Below, piece after piece: positions 31,793 through 41,888 of a stretch of 64,000 nucleotides of DNA. Made by a program: the position numbers and the translations under genes. The notes below the pieces were generated by a model. It was not told where the DNA came from, ran no database searches, and saw nothing but the letters and a program-made list of their open reading frames with translations. The stretch comes from an uncultured Chloroflexia bacterium (lineage in GTDB: Bacteria; Chloroflexota; Dehalococcoidia; UBA2979), in assembly GCA_963728205.1 (NCBI GenBank), contig CAVSIV010000002.1, positions 512,001 through 576,000 on the forward strand. Reading direction: 5' to 3'. Every line of letters begins with the position of its first letter. The first letter of the stretch is position 1.

Positions 31793-33979
31793 CTACTTCC
31801 GCAGTCGCGCGAAGCTCAGCAGCAGCCGCTTCACGCCCTGGCCCTCGAAGGCCACCGTCACCTGCTGATCGCCCGGCACGATCTCGCAGGCGATCACCGT
31901 GCCGGGACCGAAGCGCTCGTGCACGACGCGCTCGCCCGCGCGGAAGGCCGGCGTCTCGACGTCGACCTCCTCCGGCTCGCGGCCGCCGCCGAAGCGGGTC
32001 CCGCCGAAGTCGCGGTCGGGACGGCGCGCGCCCACCGGCACCGCCGTCTCCTCCTCGGGCACGTCGTTGAGGAAGCGCGACACGGGGTTCGCGCGCACGT
32101 TGCCGTACTGGAAGCGGCGCCGCGCCCGCGTCAGGTAGAGACGCTCGCGGGCGCGCGTCATGCCCACGTAGCAGACGCGCCGCTCCTCCTGCATCTGCTC
32201 GGGGTCGTCCAGCGCGCGCATGTGCGGCAGCAGCCCCTCCTCCATGCCGGCGAGGAACACCACCGGGAACTCCAGCCCCTTCGCGGCGTGCAGCGTGATC
32301 AGCGTCACCGCGTCCGGCTGGTCCGCGCCCGGGTCGTCCACGTCCGACACCAGCGCCACCTCCTCGAGAAACGCCGCCAGCGTCGCGTCCCCCTCCACCG
32401 CGCTGTACTGCGCCGCGACCGACCGCAGCTCCTGCACGTTCTCCCAGCGCACGTCGGCGTGATCGCCGTCGGTCTTCTGCAGGTGCTTGCGAAAGTCAGT
32501 CGCCGCCAGCACGCGGTCGAGGATCTCGCCCGTCGACAGCGTGTCGCGCTCGGTGGCCAGCTGGTCGATCAGCGACACGAAGCGCGCGAGCGACTGCCGG
32601 ATGTCCGCGCGCAGCGCGGGGATCGCCGGGTCCGCATCGCCGCGCGCCGCGCGCGCCGCAGCCGCCAGCGGCGAGATGCCCAGCGCCGTCGCCGCGGCGA
32701 GCACGTCCGACACGCTCTTCCCCCCGATGCCGCGCGCCGGCACGTTCACGATGCGCTCGAACGCGATCGAGTCGTGCTCGTTGTGGATCAGCCGCAGGTA
32801 GGCGATCAGATCGCGCACCTCGCGGCGGTCGTAGAACCGCGTGCCGCCGACGATGCGGTAGCGCACCCCCTGTTGGATGAACGCCTCCTCGACGGAGCGG
32901 GACTGCGCGTTCGTGCGGTACATCACCGCGAAGTCCGCGGCGCCGCGCTGCTCCGTGCGCTGCAGCCGCTTCACCTCCCCGGCGATGAACAGCGCCTCGT
33001 CCTCGCCGTCGGGCGCGTCGTAGACCACCACCGGGTCGCCGTCCGGGTTCGCCGTCCAGAGACTCTTCTCCGGGCGCCCCTCGGCGCGCTCGATGACGGC
33101 GTGCGCCGCGCGCAGGACGTGGCCGGTCGACCGGTAGTTCTGCTCCAGCAGCACGACCTCCGCTCCGGGGAAGTCGTGCTCGAAGTTGAGGATGTTGCGG
33201 ATGTCGGCCGCCCGCCACGAGTAGATCGACTGGTCGGGGTCACCCACGACCGTGAGGTTGCCGTGCGACGACGCCAGCGCCCGCGCCAGCTGGTACTGGA
33301 CGAGGTTCGTGTCCTGGAACTCGTCGATCAGCGTGTACAGGTAGCGGTCGGCGTAGCGCCGCTGCACATCGGGGTGCGTCTCGAACAGCTCGAGCACGCG
33401 CCCGAGCAGGTCGTCGAAGTCGACCGCCCCGTTGCGGCGCAGCGCCGCCTCGTAGTCATCGAAGACCCGGGACACGATCTCCTCGAAGTAGCTCCCGACG
33501 CCACGCGCGTACGCCGCGGCATCGCGCCGCTCGTTCTTCGCCGACGAGATCGCGGACAGCACCGCTCGCGGCGCGAAGCGCTTCGGGTCGATGTGGTGCT
33601 CGGCCTCGATCAGCTTCACGAGCGACATCTGGTCGTCGGTGTCGTAGATCACGAAGTCGGACGGCAGGCCGATCGCCTGGCCGTCGCGCCGCAGGATGCG
33701 CGCGCAGATCGAGTGGAACGTGCCCATCGTCAGCTCGAGCGCGCGGTCGCCGAGGAGGCCCTCCACGCGTTCGCGCATCTCGCGCGCGGCCTTGTTCGTG
33801 AAGGTGACGGCGACGATGCGCCACGGCGGGACGCGCCGTTCCTCGACCAGATACGCGACGCGGTGCGCGATCACGCGGGTCTTCCCGGAACCCGGGCCGG
33901 CGAGGATCATGAGCGGGCCGCCCGGCACCTCCACCGCCCGGCGCTGGGCTTCGTTCAGGACATCATGGACAGAGGACAT
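31793..33979 (-). CDS. pcrA: ATP-dependent DNA helicase PcrA/UvrD
   Basis: AGPGSGKT, TFTNKAA, DEFQDTN, GDPDQSIY, LEQNYRS, HAAKGLEF, YVGMTRA; C-terminal Tudor-like domain. Confidence 0.96.
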   Translation of the reverse strand: MSSVHDVLNEAQRRAVEVPGGPLMILAGPGSGKTRVIAHRVAYLVEERRVPPWRIVAVTFTNKAAREMRERVEGLLGDRALELTMGTFHSICARILRRDGQAIGLPSDFVIYDTDDQMSLVKLIEAEHHIDPKRFAPRAVLSAISSAKNERRDAAAYARGVGSYFEEIVSRVFDDYEAALRRNGAVDFDDLLGRVLELFETHPDVQRRYADRYLYTLIDEFQDTNLVQYQLARALASSHGNLTVVGDPDQSIYSWRAADIRNILNFEHDFPGAEVVLLEQNYRSTGHVLRAAHAVIERAEGRPEKSLWTANPDGDPVVVYDAPDGEDEALFIAGEVKRLQRTEQRGAADFAVMYRTNAQSRSVEEAFIQQGVRYRIVGGTRFYDRREVRDLIAYLRLIHNEHDSIAFERIVNVPARGIGGKSVSDVLAAATALGISPLAAAARAARGDADPAIPALRADIRQSLARFVSLIDQLATERDTLSTGEILDRVLAATDFRKHLQKTDGDHADVRWENVQELRSVAAQYSAVEGDATLAAFLEEVALVSDVDDPGADQPDAVTLITLHAAKGLEFPVVFLAGMEEGLLPHMRALDDPEQMQEERRVCYVGMTRARERLYLTRARRRFQYGNVRANPVSRFLNDVPEEETAVPVGARRPDRDFGGTRFGGGREPEEVDVETPAFRAGERVVHERFGPGTVIACEIVPGDQQVTVAFEGQGVKRLLLSFARLRK

Positions 33980-34095
33980 CGTGAGGATTGTAACGGCGGT
34001 GCAACTCAGGTGCCCCCCGTGCGCACGGCGATCCTCACGGGGGCGCGTGCTAGCCTGATGCTCGCTGCTCTTGAGCGGGTGGACCGGAGGCGTAT

Positions 34096-34740
34096 GTGGA
34101 CGTGCTGATTGGCTGGCCGGGGGGCGACTGGACCGCGACCCTCAAGCTCGGCGGGTTCCTCGTCTTCGGTTACGTCTTCATCATCTGGGTGGCGTCCGTC
34201 CTCTGGGTGTACAAGGACATTCGCAGCCGCACCCGCGACCCCATCTCGCAGGCGATCGGCGTGGGCATCGCGGTGGTGCTCCCGATCATCGGCTTGCCGG
34301 TCTACCTGGTGGTGCGGCCCGGCGAGACGCTGAACGAGTCCTACGTGCGGCAGCTCGAGCAGGAGGCGATCCTCTCGGACCTCCACGCGATCAGCGCGTG
34401 CCCGAACTGCCGTCGCCCCGTCGAGGACGACTTCCAGGTCTGCGCGCACTGCGGCACGTCTTTGCGCGAGCCGTGCAAGCGCTGCGGCAAGCTGTTGCAG
34501 TTCTCCTGGCGCAACTGCCCGTACTGCGCGACGCCGCGCGAGGCGTCACGCCCGGCACGTCCGGCTTCCGCGCCGGCGGGCGTGGGCGCCGGCGGCGGGG
34601 CCGCGCGCTCGGCGCGCGCCGGGGCGGGCCGCGCCCGTCCGGCAGCGGAGCCGGGCGACGCGTTCGACCCCGCGCCCGGGCCGCAGTCGCCCGGGCGCAC
34701 GCGCCCGGCGTCCGCCGGCGACGAGCGGGGCGGCTGGTAG
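34096..34740 (+). CDS. Membrane-anchored double zinc-ribbon protein
   Basis: Two TM helices, then CPNC/CAHC/CKRC/CPYC; SD GGAGG. Confidence 0.85.
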   Translation: MDVLIGWPGGDWTATLKLGGFLVFGYVFIIWVASVLWVYKDIRSRTRDPISQAIGVGIAVVLPIIGLPVYLVVRPGETLNESYVRQLEQEAILSDLHAISACPNCRRPVEDDFQVCAHCGTSLREPCKRCGKLLQFSWRNCPYCATPREASRPARPASAPAGVGAGGGAARSARAGAGRARPAAEPGDAFDPAPGPQSPGRTRPASAGDERGGW

Positions 34741-34770
34741 TCGGTCCCCAGCCTTCCCTCCCAGCACGCG

Positions 34771-34799
34771 AAGCGGGCCGCCCACCGGGCGGCCCGCTT
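34771..34799. terminator. GC-rich hairpin between convergent genes
   Basis: aagcgggccgccc-acc-gggcggcccgctt, 13-bp perfect stem. Confidence 0.55.
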
Positions 34800-34931
34800 G
34801 CTGTGCTTGCGTCGGCGCGGCGCACCGTGCGCGTGCCGGCCTCCGACTCCGTGGGTGCTCGCGCTCGCGTCGGCGGCCCGCGGCGCGAGGGCGGAGCGCA
34901 CCGTGCGCTCCGCTCACCATGAGGCGGGTTG

Positions 34932-35555
34932 CTAGCTGAGCGCCTCCGTCAGCAGCGCGAGCAGCTCCTTGACCTCGGCCTGTCGCCAGCCACCGGCCAG
35001 CTCCCACGTCTTCGCCGTGTACTGCTTGCGCGCCTCTTCGTACGCCGGCGTATCCCGCTCGACGCCCGCGAGGATCCCGCGCAGGTCCTTCATCTCCTCG
35101 TTCGCACGGTCCGCGCGCTCGATCCAGTGGCCGAGGTAGCGGTGGTCCCCGTCGTACAGCACGACCACGGGGATCGACTCGAACTCCCCGTCCTTCAGGA
35201 ACTCCGCCATGATGTCCTTGTTCTCGTCGCGCTTGAACAGCCGGATCGGCATGCCGGCCTGCTCGGCGAGCTTGCAGGCGACCGGCAGGCCGCGCCACAC
35301 GTCCGGGCACCAGTCCTCACCGATGACCATCGCCCGCACACCGTGGTTCTCCACGAAGCGCTTGAGCGTCGCGACGTCCTGCGCGTCGGGCTCGAACTCG
35401 TCGTAGTGGCGCTGGAAGGCGTCCTTGTTCTTCTCGATCGCGGCCATCCACTCCGAGAAGCTCTTCATGCCGCGCTCGTAGCGCTCGGACGTGACCACCG
35501 AGTCGGGCCGCGCCGCGGCCTCCTTGCGCGTGGTCGTGGAGGCAGCCGTCGTCAT
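34932..35555 (-). CDS. Thioredoxin family protein
   Basis: GEDWCPDV, SIPVVVLYD, WIER; SD GAAGGAG; extended -10 TGTTACACT upstream. Confidence 0.85.
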   Translation of the reverse strand: MTTAASTTTRKEAAARPDSVVTSERYERGMKSFSEWMAAIEKNKDAFQRHYDEFEPDAQDVATLKRFVENHGVRAMVIGEDWCPDVWRGLPVACKLAEQAGMPIRLFKRDENKDIMAEFLKDGEFESIPVVVLYDGDHRYLGHWIERADRANEEMKDLRGILAGVERDTPAYEEARKQYTAKTWELAGGWRQAEVKELLALLTEALS

Positions 35556-35668
35556 CGCGTACTCCTTCGCAGCCTCGAGGGGCGTGTCTGCTGCTGTGTC
35601 GTCGGGTCGCCGACCGTCACGTCGACGGGTGACGCGGACGCGAGTGTAACACGGGGGCGCTGGACTTC

Positions 35669-36676
35669 TTACTGCGCCCGCGCGACGCGTTCCTCGCGCG
35701 CGAAGCGCTCCGCGAACGCGCCGGCGGCGAGCCGGAGCGTTTCCTCCGCATCGATCTCGGCATCGTCCGCGACCGTCACGGCGGCCCACAGCAGCGCGGC
35801 GAGCGTCTCGTCACCGGGCGCCGCTGCGAACGCGGCGGCCGCCGCGCGCGGGTCGCCGGCCGCGATCGCCCCGGGGGCGGCGCGGCGCGCACGGTGGATC
35901 ATCGACTGCGCACGCTGCAGCGCGGGCGCGGCGCGCGGGATCGAGTCCAGCGCGCCCGGCGGCGGCACGTCGTCTCCGTCCGCTTGCTCGGCGCGCTCGC
36001 TCGCCTTGATCGCATCCCAGCGTCCGAGCAGCTGCTCGCGCGTGTGCGCCTCCTCGTCGCCGAAGACGTGCGGGTGGCGCCGCACGAACTTCGCCGCCGC
36101 GTGCGCGACGACGTCCTCGAGGCTGAACTCGCCGTCGCGCTGCGCCAGCGCGGTTTGCATGAAGAGGTGTGCCATGACGTCGCCCAGCTCCTCCTCCAGC
36201 CCGGGAAGGTCGCCGCGATCGATGGCGTCGACAAGCTCGTAGCACTCCTCGAGGAAGTAGCGGCGCAGCGTCTCGTGCGTCTGCTCGCGGTCCCACGGGC
36301 ACCCGTCGGGCGCGTAGAGGCGCTCCATCACACCGCGCAGACCGGCCAGCGCGCGCCGGTCGTCCTCGGGCGCGAGCGCCGGCAGCGCCCAGGCGCTGGC
36401 GGCGCCCGTCGGGGCGGCAGGGTCGAGGAGCGCCGCCACATCGACGTGCTCGACGCGACCGCCGAGCACCGCACGCACCTCCGTCTCGGCCGGGTAGCGC
36501 GCGGCGAGGAGCGGCCGCGCGGCGGCGAACTGCGCAGCGAACACGACGAGCGGCCGCTGTGCGTCGAAGCGCGGGTACGCCGGATCGAGGGCCTGCACCT
36601 CATGGAGAGCGAGCCCGAGCAACTCGAGGGCCTGCGCGGGCGCGGAGGGCGAGGACGGACGCGGGCGCTCAACCAT
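35669..36676 (-). CDS. mazG: MazG-family nucleoside triphosphate pyrophosphohydrolase
   Basis: GCPWDREQTH, EECYE, EELGD, RRHPHVF. Confidence 0.9.
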   Translation of the reverse strand: MVERPRPSSPSAPAQALELLGLALHEVQALDPAYPRFDAQRPLVVFAAQFAAARPLLAARYPAETEVRAVLGGRVEHVDVAALLDPAAPTGAASAWALPALAPEDDRRALAGLRGVMERLYAPDGCPWDREQTHETLRRYFLEECYELVDAIDRGDLPGLEEELGDVMAHLFMQTALAQRDGEFSLEDVVAHAAAKFVRRHPHVFGDEEAHTREQLLGRWDAIKASERAEQADGDDVPPPGALDSIPRAAPALQRAQSMIHRARRAAPGAIAAGDPRAAAAAFAAAPGDETLAALLWAAVTVADDAEIDAEETLRLAAGAFAERFAREERVARAQ

Positions 36677-36696
36677 GGGCCGAGTATACTCAGCGC
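36677..36696. promoter_or_regulatory. Putative bidirectional promoter (palindromic GAGTATACTC, TATACT on both strands)
   Basis: Each TATACT lies exactly 6 nt from a divergent start codon (ATG at 36676 on minus, GTG at 36697 on plus). Confidence 0.65.
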
Positions 36697-37434
36697 GTGC
36701 TTGCGCTCCGCTGGACCGCCGCCGCCCTCTTCGTGCTGTGCATCCCCGTCTTCCTCGTGCTGACGAACGTCCGCATCGCAGCGACCGACGTGCGCGTCTA
36801 CGAGTACTCGTTCGCCCACTACGACGCGCCCGCCGTCACCGGCGTGAGTCGTCCCCAGCTCGACGAGGCCGCGCGCGACATCGTCCAGTACTTCGAGACC
36901 AGCCCGCGCAACGCTATGCTCGACGTCCGTGTGACGCAGGGCGGCGAGACCGTCCCGCTGTTCAACCAGCGCGAAGTCCTGCACATGCGAGACGTGCGGA
37001 ACCTCTTCCGCTCCGTCTTCCACCTCCAGGAGCTCGTGTTCGTCTACGCGATCGGCTACGTCGTCGCCATCTTCGTGTGGAGCCGGGAGCGCTCCCTCGC
37101 GCGCCTGGCGCGCCAGGTGGCGATTGGCGGCGCGCTCACCGCGCTGCTGCTCGCCGTGAGCGCGATGGCGGTGCTGGTCGGCTTCGACCGCCTCTTCACG
37201 GAATTCCATCTGCTGTCGTTCTCGAACGATTTCTGGCAGCTCGACCCGGCACGCGACCACCTGATCCAGATGTTCCCGCAGGGCTTCTGGTTCGACGTCA
37301 CGCTGGGCGTGGTCGTCCTCTCGATCCTCGAGGGCGGCCTGCTCGCGGCGCTCGGCGTGGGCTACCTCGCGTGGATCGATCGCGATCATCCCGGGTGGCG
37401 GACGCGCTGGCCGCTGCTCATCCCCCGCTGGTAG
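36697..37434 (+). CDS. TIGR01906/DUF1461-like integral membrane protein
   Basis: FNQREVLHMRDVR, FDRLFTEFH, NDFWQLDP...LIQMFP. Confidence 0.85.
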   Translation: MLALRWTAAALFVLCIPVFLVLTNVRIAATDVRVYEYSFAHYDAPAVTGVSRPQLDEAARDIVQYFETSPRNAMLDVRVTQGGETVPLFNQREVLHMRDVRNLFRSVFHLQELVFVYAIGYVVAIFVWSRERSLARLARQVAIGGALTALLLAVSAMAVLVGFDRLFTEFHLLSFSNDFWQLDPARDHLIQMFPQGFWFDVTLGVVVLSILEGGLLAALGVGYLAWIDRDHPGWRTRWPLLIPRW

Positions 37435-37498
37435 CGCCGATCGGCGCGTTCGCAGCACCAGAGCGGCAGTGGGACGCGGCGACCGCCCGGCCCCGGCG

Positions 37499-37544
37499 CG
37501 ACGAACGAAGGAGCCCGCCGGATGGCGGGCTCCTTCGTTCGTCG
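37499..37544. terminator. Long perfect hairpin, probable bidirectional terminator
   Basis: 21-bp perfect stem cgacgaacgaaggagcccgcc / ggcgggctccttcgttcgtcg with loop ggat, between convergent genes. Confidence 0.75.
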
Positions 37545-37556
37545 ACGTGAAGCGCT

Positions 37557-37820
37557 TTAGAAGTCGAAGTCGCCCATGTCGAGATCGTCGTGATCGTGAC
37601 CGTGATCGTGGTCGCCGCCCATGAAGTCCTCGGGGTCGCCTTCGCCCATCGCGGCGTCGGGCGCAGCGCCCGACAGCATCGCGAAGGCTTGGAACTTCAG
37701 CCGCGCGGTGCCGCGCGACCCGCACTTCGGACAGGCCGCCACCTTGTCGCGCTCGGCGAGTCGGCGCATCAACTCGAACTGCTCGTTGCACTTCTTGCAG
37801 CGGTACTCGTACAGCGGCAC
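37557..37820 (-). CDS. FmdB family zinc-ribbon protein with His/Asp-rich tail
   Basis: PLYEYRCKKC...CPKCG; SD GGAGAG. Confidence 0.88.
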   Translation of the reverse strand: MPLYEYRCKKCNEQFELMRRLAERDKVAACPKCGSRGTARLKFQAFAMLSGAAPDAAMGEGDPEDFMGGDHDHGHDHDDLDMGDFDF

Positions 37821-37894
37821 GTCAGGCTCTCCGTCGTTCCAGTGGCGCGCGCAGCGCCTCACCATTCCCGGCGCGGAAGTCTCGCACAGCGGGG

Positions 37895-39427
37895 TTAATC
37901 GAGGTAGTCCTTCAGCTTCTTCGAGCGCGTCGGGTGGCGAAGCTTGCGCAGCGCCTTCGCCTCGATCTGGCGGATGCGCTCGCGTGTCACGTTGAACTCG
38001 CGGCCGACCTCCTCGAGCGTGCGCGACCGACCGTCCTCCAGGCCAAACCGCAGCTCGAGCACCTTGCGCTCGCGCGGCGTCAACGACGACAGCACGTCCA
38101 TCACCTGCTCCTTGAGCAGCTGGTGCGATGCCGCGTCCGACGGTGCCAGCGCCGCCGGGTCCTCGAGGAAGTCGCCGAGGTGGGAGTCCTCCTCCTCGCC
38201 GATCGGCGTCTCCAGCGAGACCGGCTCCTGCGACACCTTCATGATCTCGCGCACGCGGTCCGCCGGGAGCTCCAGCTCGCGGCCGATCTCCTCGGAGGTC
38301 GGCTCGCGGCCGAACTCCTGCACGAGGCGGCGCTGGATGCGCACGAGCTTGTTGATCGTCTCCACCATGTGCACCGGGATGCGGATGGTCCGCGCCTGGT
38401 CGGCGATCGCGCGGGTGATCGCCTGGCGGATCCACCACGTCGCGTACGTCGAGAACTTGTAGCCCTTGCGGTAGTCGAACTTCTCGACGGCGCGAATCAG
38501 GCCGATGTTGCCCTCCTGGATGAGGTCCAGCAGGGACATGCCGCGGCCGATGTACTTCTTCGCGACCGACACCACGAGGCGCAGGTTCGCCTCGGTCAGT
38601 TGCCGCTCCGAGCGCTTGCCGTCGTAGATGATCTTCTCGAAGTAGTACTGGAACGCGCCGCCGTGCTTCGACTCCAGCTTCTCGGCGAGGTTCTTCGGCG
38701 GCGGGGTGAGCTTCGACTCCGCGCCGACGAACTCCGACGCCCAGCGCACGTGCTCGGGCCGCATGATGTGGGTGATGATCGACATCCGGATCAGCGCCTG
38801 GTGCGCCCGGTCCTCGTCCCACTTCATGTCCTTCATCAACCGCCGCTGCGAGCCCTCGTCGAGCTCGCCGTCGAGCGAGCCGCGGAACTTCGCGTCCGCG
38901 ATGCGCTCGGAGATCGACTGCCGCGGAAGCTTCAGGTAGCGGCTCACCGACTGGTAGATGTCGCGTTCCTTGTGGAACTGCCGCAGCAGCTCGACGAACA
39001 CCTGCGACCAGGTCGGATCGTCGCCCTCCTCCTCGCGGTAGTCCTCAATGATCTGCTCGACGTGGATCCACTCTTCGATGGCGCGCGACAGTCGCTTCTC
39101 GTCGTCGGCCGTGAGGAGCGGGACCTTGCCGATCTCGCGGAGGTACATGCGGACGGGGTCGTCGATGCCGGCGGCCTCGTCGACGATGCGGCGAGCGGCG
39201 TCGACCACCGTGGTGGCCTCGCGCCCGGCAACGGCGTCGACGCGCACGGAGATGCCGTTCTCGGAGAGCTGCGAGATCACGGACGCCAGGCGTTCGCGGC
39301 TGGCCTCGGCCTCGGGAACGGCCTCGAGGACGTCCTCCGCCGTGACGGTGCCGGAGCGCCGGCCCTTCGACAGCAGCGCCTCCAGACCCGCCTCCGCGAT
39401 GGTCGTGTCGTCGAACGTCTGGGTCAT
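37895..39427 (-). CDS. rpoD: RNA polymerase primary sigma factor
   Basis: [57 protein letters not shown]; follows dnaG. Confidence 0.97.
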   Translation of the reverse strand: MTQTFDDTTIAEAGLEALLSKGRRSGTVTAEDVLEAVPEAEASRERLASVISQLSENGISVRVDAVAGREATTVVDAARRIVDEAAGIDDPVRMYLREIGKVPLLTADDEKRLSRAIEEWIHVEQIIEDYREEEGDDPTWSQVFVELLRQFHKERDIYQSVSRYLKLPRQSISERIADAKFRGSLDGELDEGSQRRLMKDMKWDEDRAHQALIRMSIITHIMRPEHVRWASEFVGAESKLTPPPKNLAEKLESKHGGAFQYYFEKIIYDGKRSERQLTEANLRLVVSVAKKYIGRGMSLLDLIQEGNIGLIRAVEKFDYRKGYKFSTYATWWIRQAITRAIADQARTIRIPVHMVETINKLVRIQRRLVQEFGREPTSEEIGRELELPADRVREIMKVSQEPVSLETPIGEEEDSHLGDFLEDPAALAPSDAASHQLLKEQVMDVLSSLTPRERKVLELRFGLEDGRSRTLEEVGREFNVTRERIRQIEAKALRKLRHPTRSKKLKDYLD

Positions 39428-41379
39428 GTCGTCTCCTCCACACGGTCCGGGTCCGCGGCGGCGGGATATCGGCCGGCTACCTGCTGGTATTGATAGGTCA
39501 GCTCACGCTGACGGGATGTGGTCTCCACGAACTGCTCCGCGACCTCGGTCGCGTCGATCACCGGGTCGGCGGCGTCGTCGGCGGCGGACTCTCGCACGCC
39601 GGACGGCGTGCGGCGGAGCGCGCGCAGCGCCTCGGCCTGCTCGCGCGCCGTCTCCAGCAGCCGCTGCTGCTTCCGTCGCAACCGCAGCTGCACCGCGATG
39701 TCACCCACCATCTCGTCGAGGTGCTTCGCCTCGTACTCCGGCAGCACGACGGCCGCCAGCTCGCGGTAGCGCGCCTGCAGGTCGTCCTCGAGCTCGTCGA
39801 CGCGGTCGTCGTAGTCGGGCGCGGCCGCCCACCACTCGAAGAGCGCGCGGTTGCGCGAGTCCTCGAACGTCTCGGGCGCGAGCGCCTTCCCGGCGCCGCG
39901 GCACTCGGAGCGCTGGACGAGCACCTGCAGCAGCTGCGTCTCGCCGTCGATCGGCGCGGCCACGCGGCCGCGGGGCGCACGCGGCGCCTCGCCCGGGTGA
40001 GGCGCCGCCTGGGCGGTGCCCGGTGCGGGCACCGGCCGCGGCCGGCCGCCGCGCGAGAGCATGCGCATCACGATCGACTCGTCGACCTGCCCGATGCGCG
40101 CCAACTTCTGGACATAATGCGCCCGGATGACCGGGTCCGTCATCACCGCGACGGTGGGAATGAGCGCCTGCAGCGCCTTCGAGCGGGCCAGCGCGTCGCC
40201 GGGCCGGATCGACGCGGAGACTGCCTGGAACAGGTGATCCGCCACCGGCAGGGCGCCGTCCACGAGCCGCTTGAACGCGTCGGGGTCGCGCCGCACCATC
40301 GAGTCGGGGTCATCGCCCTCGGGCAGCGAGACGACGCGAATGTCCGCGCGCAGGCCGTCCTGGACCGAGACGAGGCCGCGCCAGTCGATCGTGGGCACTG
40401 CCATATGATCGGCAGCCCCGGCGGCGACCTGAACGCCGCGCAGCGTCGCCTCCGAGCCGGCATTGTCGGCGTCCAGCGCCAGCACGACGTTCTCGGTGTA
40501 GCGCTTGAGCAGCGTCATCTGCTTCTCGGTGATTGCCGTCCCGTTCGATGCGACGACGTTCGTCACGCCGAACTCGTGCGCGGCGATCACGTCCATGTAG
40601 CCCTCGACGATCACGGCGCGGTCGGCGCGCCGGATGGCCTCCGCGGCGCGATCCAGCCCGTAGAGCGTGCCGCTCTTGTCGAACAGCGGCGTCTGCGGGG
40701 TGTTCAGGTACTTCGGCTCGTCGTCCGGGCGCAGCGCCCGGGCGCCGAAGCCGATCAGGCGGCGGCGCTGGTCGCGCGTCGGGAAGATGACGCGGTCGCG
40801 AAAGCGGTCGTACGCGCCGCGGTCGCCCTCGATCGCGAGGCCGGCCTCCACGATGTCGCTCTCGGCGAACCCGCGCGCGCCGAGGTACTCGACGAGCCCG
40901 CGCCAGCCGTCGGGCGCGTACCCGAGCTGCCACGTCTCAATCGTCTGCGTGTCGAGGCCACGCTTCTCGAGGTAGGCGCGGGCGTCGCCGCCCTGCGGGC
41001 CCCCGAGCGCGGCCTGGAAGTAGACGGCCGCGGCCTCGTTCGCCTGCAGCAGCCGCTCATGCTGCTCGCGCTCCTCGACGTCGCGCTTCGACGGCGGCCG
41101 CAGCTCGACGCCGGCGCGCTCCGCACAGGTGCGCAGTGCCTCCTTGAAGTCGAGGCCCTCCACCCGGCGCACGAACTCGATCACGTCGCCGCCGGTCGAG
41201 CACGATCCGAAGCAGTGCCAGGTGCCGCGCTCCGGATCCACGACGAACGAGGGCGTGCGCTCCTGATGGAACGGGCAGCGCGCTTTGAACGTGCGCCCGG
41301 TCTTCTTCAGTTCGGGGACGTACTGTCCCACGGTCTCGACAATATCGAGACGTGCCTTGACTTCGTCGATGGTGCTCAT
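39424..41379 (-). CDS. dnaG: DNA primase
   Basis: CPFH...CFGSC zinc finger, KYLNTP, EGYMD, LDADNAG, DPD. Confidence 0.97.
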   Translation of the reverse strand: MSTIDEVKARLDIVETVGQYVPELKKTGRTFKARCPFHQERTPSFVVDPERGTWHCFGSCSTGGDVIEFVRRVEGLDFKEALRTCAERAGVELRPPSKRDVEEREQHERLLQANEAAAVYFQAALGGPQGGDARAYLEKRGLDTQTIETWQLGYAPDGWRGLVEYLGARGFAESDIVEAGLAIEGDRGAYDRFRDRVIFPTRDQRRRLIGFGARALRPDDEPKYLNTPQTPLFDKSGTLYGLDRAAEAIRRADRAVIVEGYMDVIAAHEFGVTNVVASNGTAITEKQMTLLKRYTENVVLALDADNAGSEATLRGVQVAAGAADHMAVPTIDWRGLVSVQDGLRADIRVVSLPEGDDPDSMVRRDPDAFKRLVDGALPVADHLFQAVSASIRPGDALARSKALQALIPTVAVMTDPVIRAHYVQKLARIGQVDESIVMRMLSRGGRPRPVPAPGTAQAAPHPGEAPRAPRGRVAAPIDGETQLLQVLVQRSECRGAGKALAPETFEDSRNRALFEWWAAAPDYDDRVDELEDDLQARYRELAAVVLPEYEAKHLDEMVGDIAVQLRLRRKQQRLLETAREQAEALRALRRTPSGVRESAADDAADPVIDATEVAEQFVETTSRQRELTYQYQQVAGRYPAAADPDRVEETT

Positions 41380-41501
41380 GCTCTATGTGGTTAGACCCCG
41401 GCGGAACCGAAAAGTTACGGGGAACCCTGAGAAATGTGTGCCGACCCCCGCAGGGTTTGTGGATGTGATGCGGTCGACACCCACCGCATGCATCCGGTGC
41501 G

Positions 41502-41888
41502 TCAGGCTTCGCCCGCCTTGAGCGCCGCGATCCGCGCCGCCACCGCCTCCTCGCGCGCCGCGACGCGCTCCACGATGGCGCGGGTCTCGACCGCCCCGCC
41601 GGCCGACTCGACGAGCCGCAGCGTCTGGTAGCGCGCCCCGGCGAGGTCGTGCACGACCTGCGGCGGAAGCGGCTTCTCCGCCACCCGCGTGGCCGCGCCC
41701 GGCCCGCCGGCCGCGGCCACGTCCGACCGCTCGGCGGCCGCCAGCTCGGCGAGCGCGCGCACAACCGTTGTCCCATCGCCGAGGTCGGCGGCAAAGGCCC
41801 GCTCGGTGATCCCCTCGAGCGCCGCCAGCAGCGCCGCCCGCGAGGCGTCGAGCCGCGCCCGCAGCGCGTCCGCTGCGTCGTCGCTCAT
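41502..41888 (-). CDS. Hypothetical protein (possibly degenerate DinB-like helical bundle)
   Basis: ATGA-coupled to upstream gene; LDASRAALLAALEG pattern. Confidence 0.6.
   Translation of the reverse strand: MSDDAADALRARLDASRAALLAALEGITERAFAADLGDGTTVVRALAELAAAERSDVAAAGGPGAATRVAEKPLPPQVVHDLAGARYQTLRLVESAGGAVETRAIVERVAAREEAVAARIAALKAGEA

Noticed and set aside
37821-38822. 421-aa ORF extending the FmdB protein across rpoD
   Set aside because: Off-frame overlap with rpoD; FmdB has its own SD and GTG at 37820
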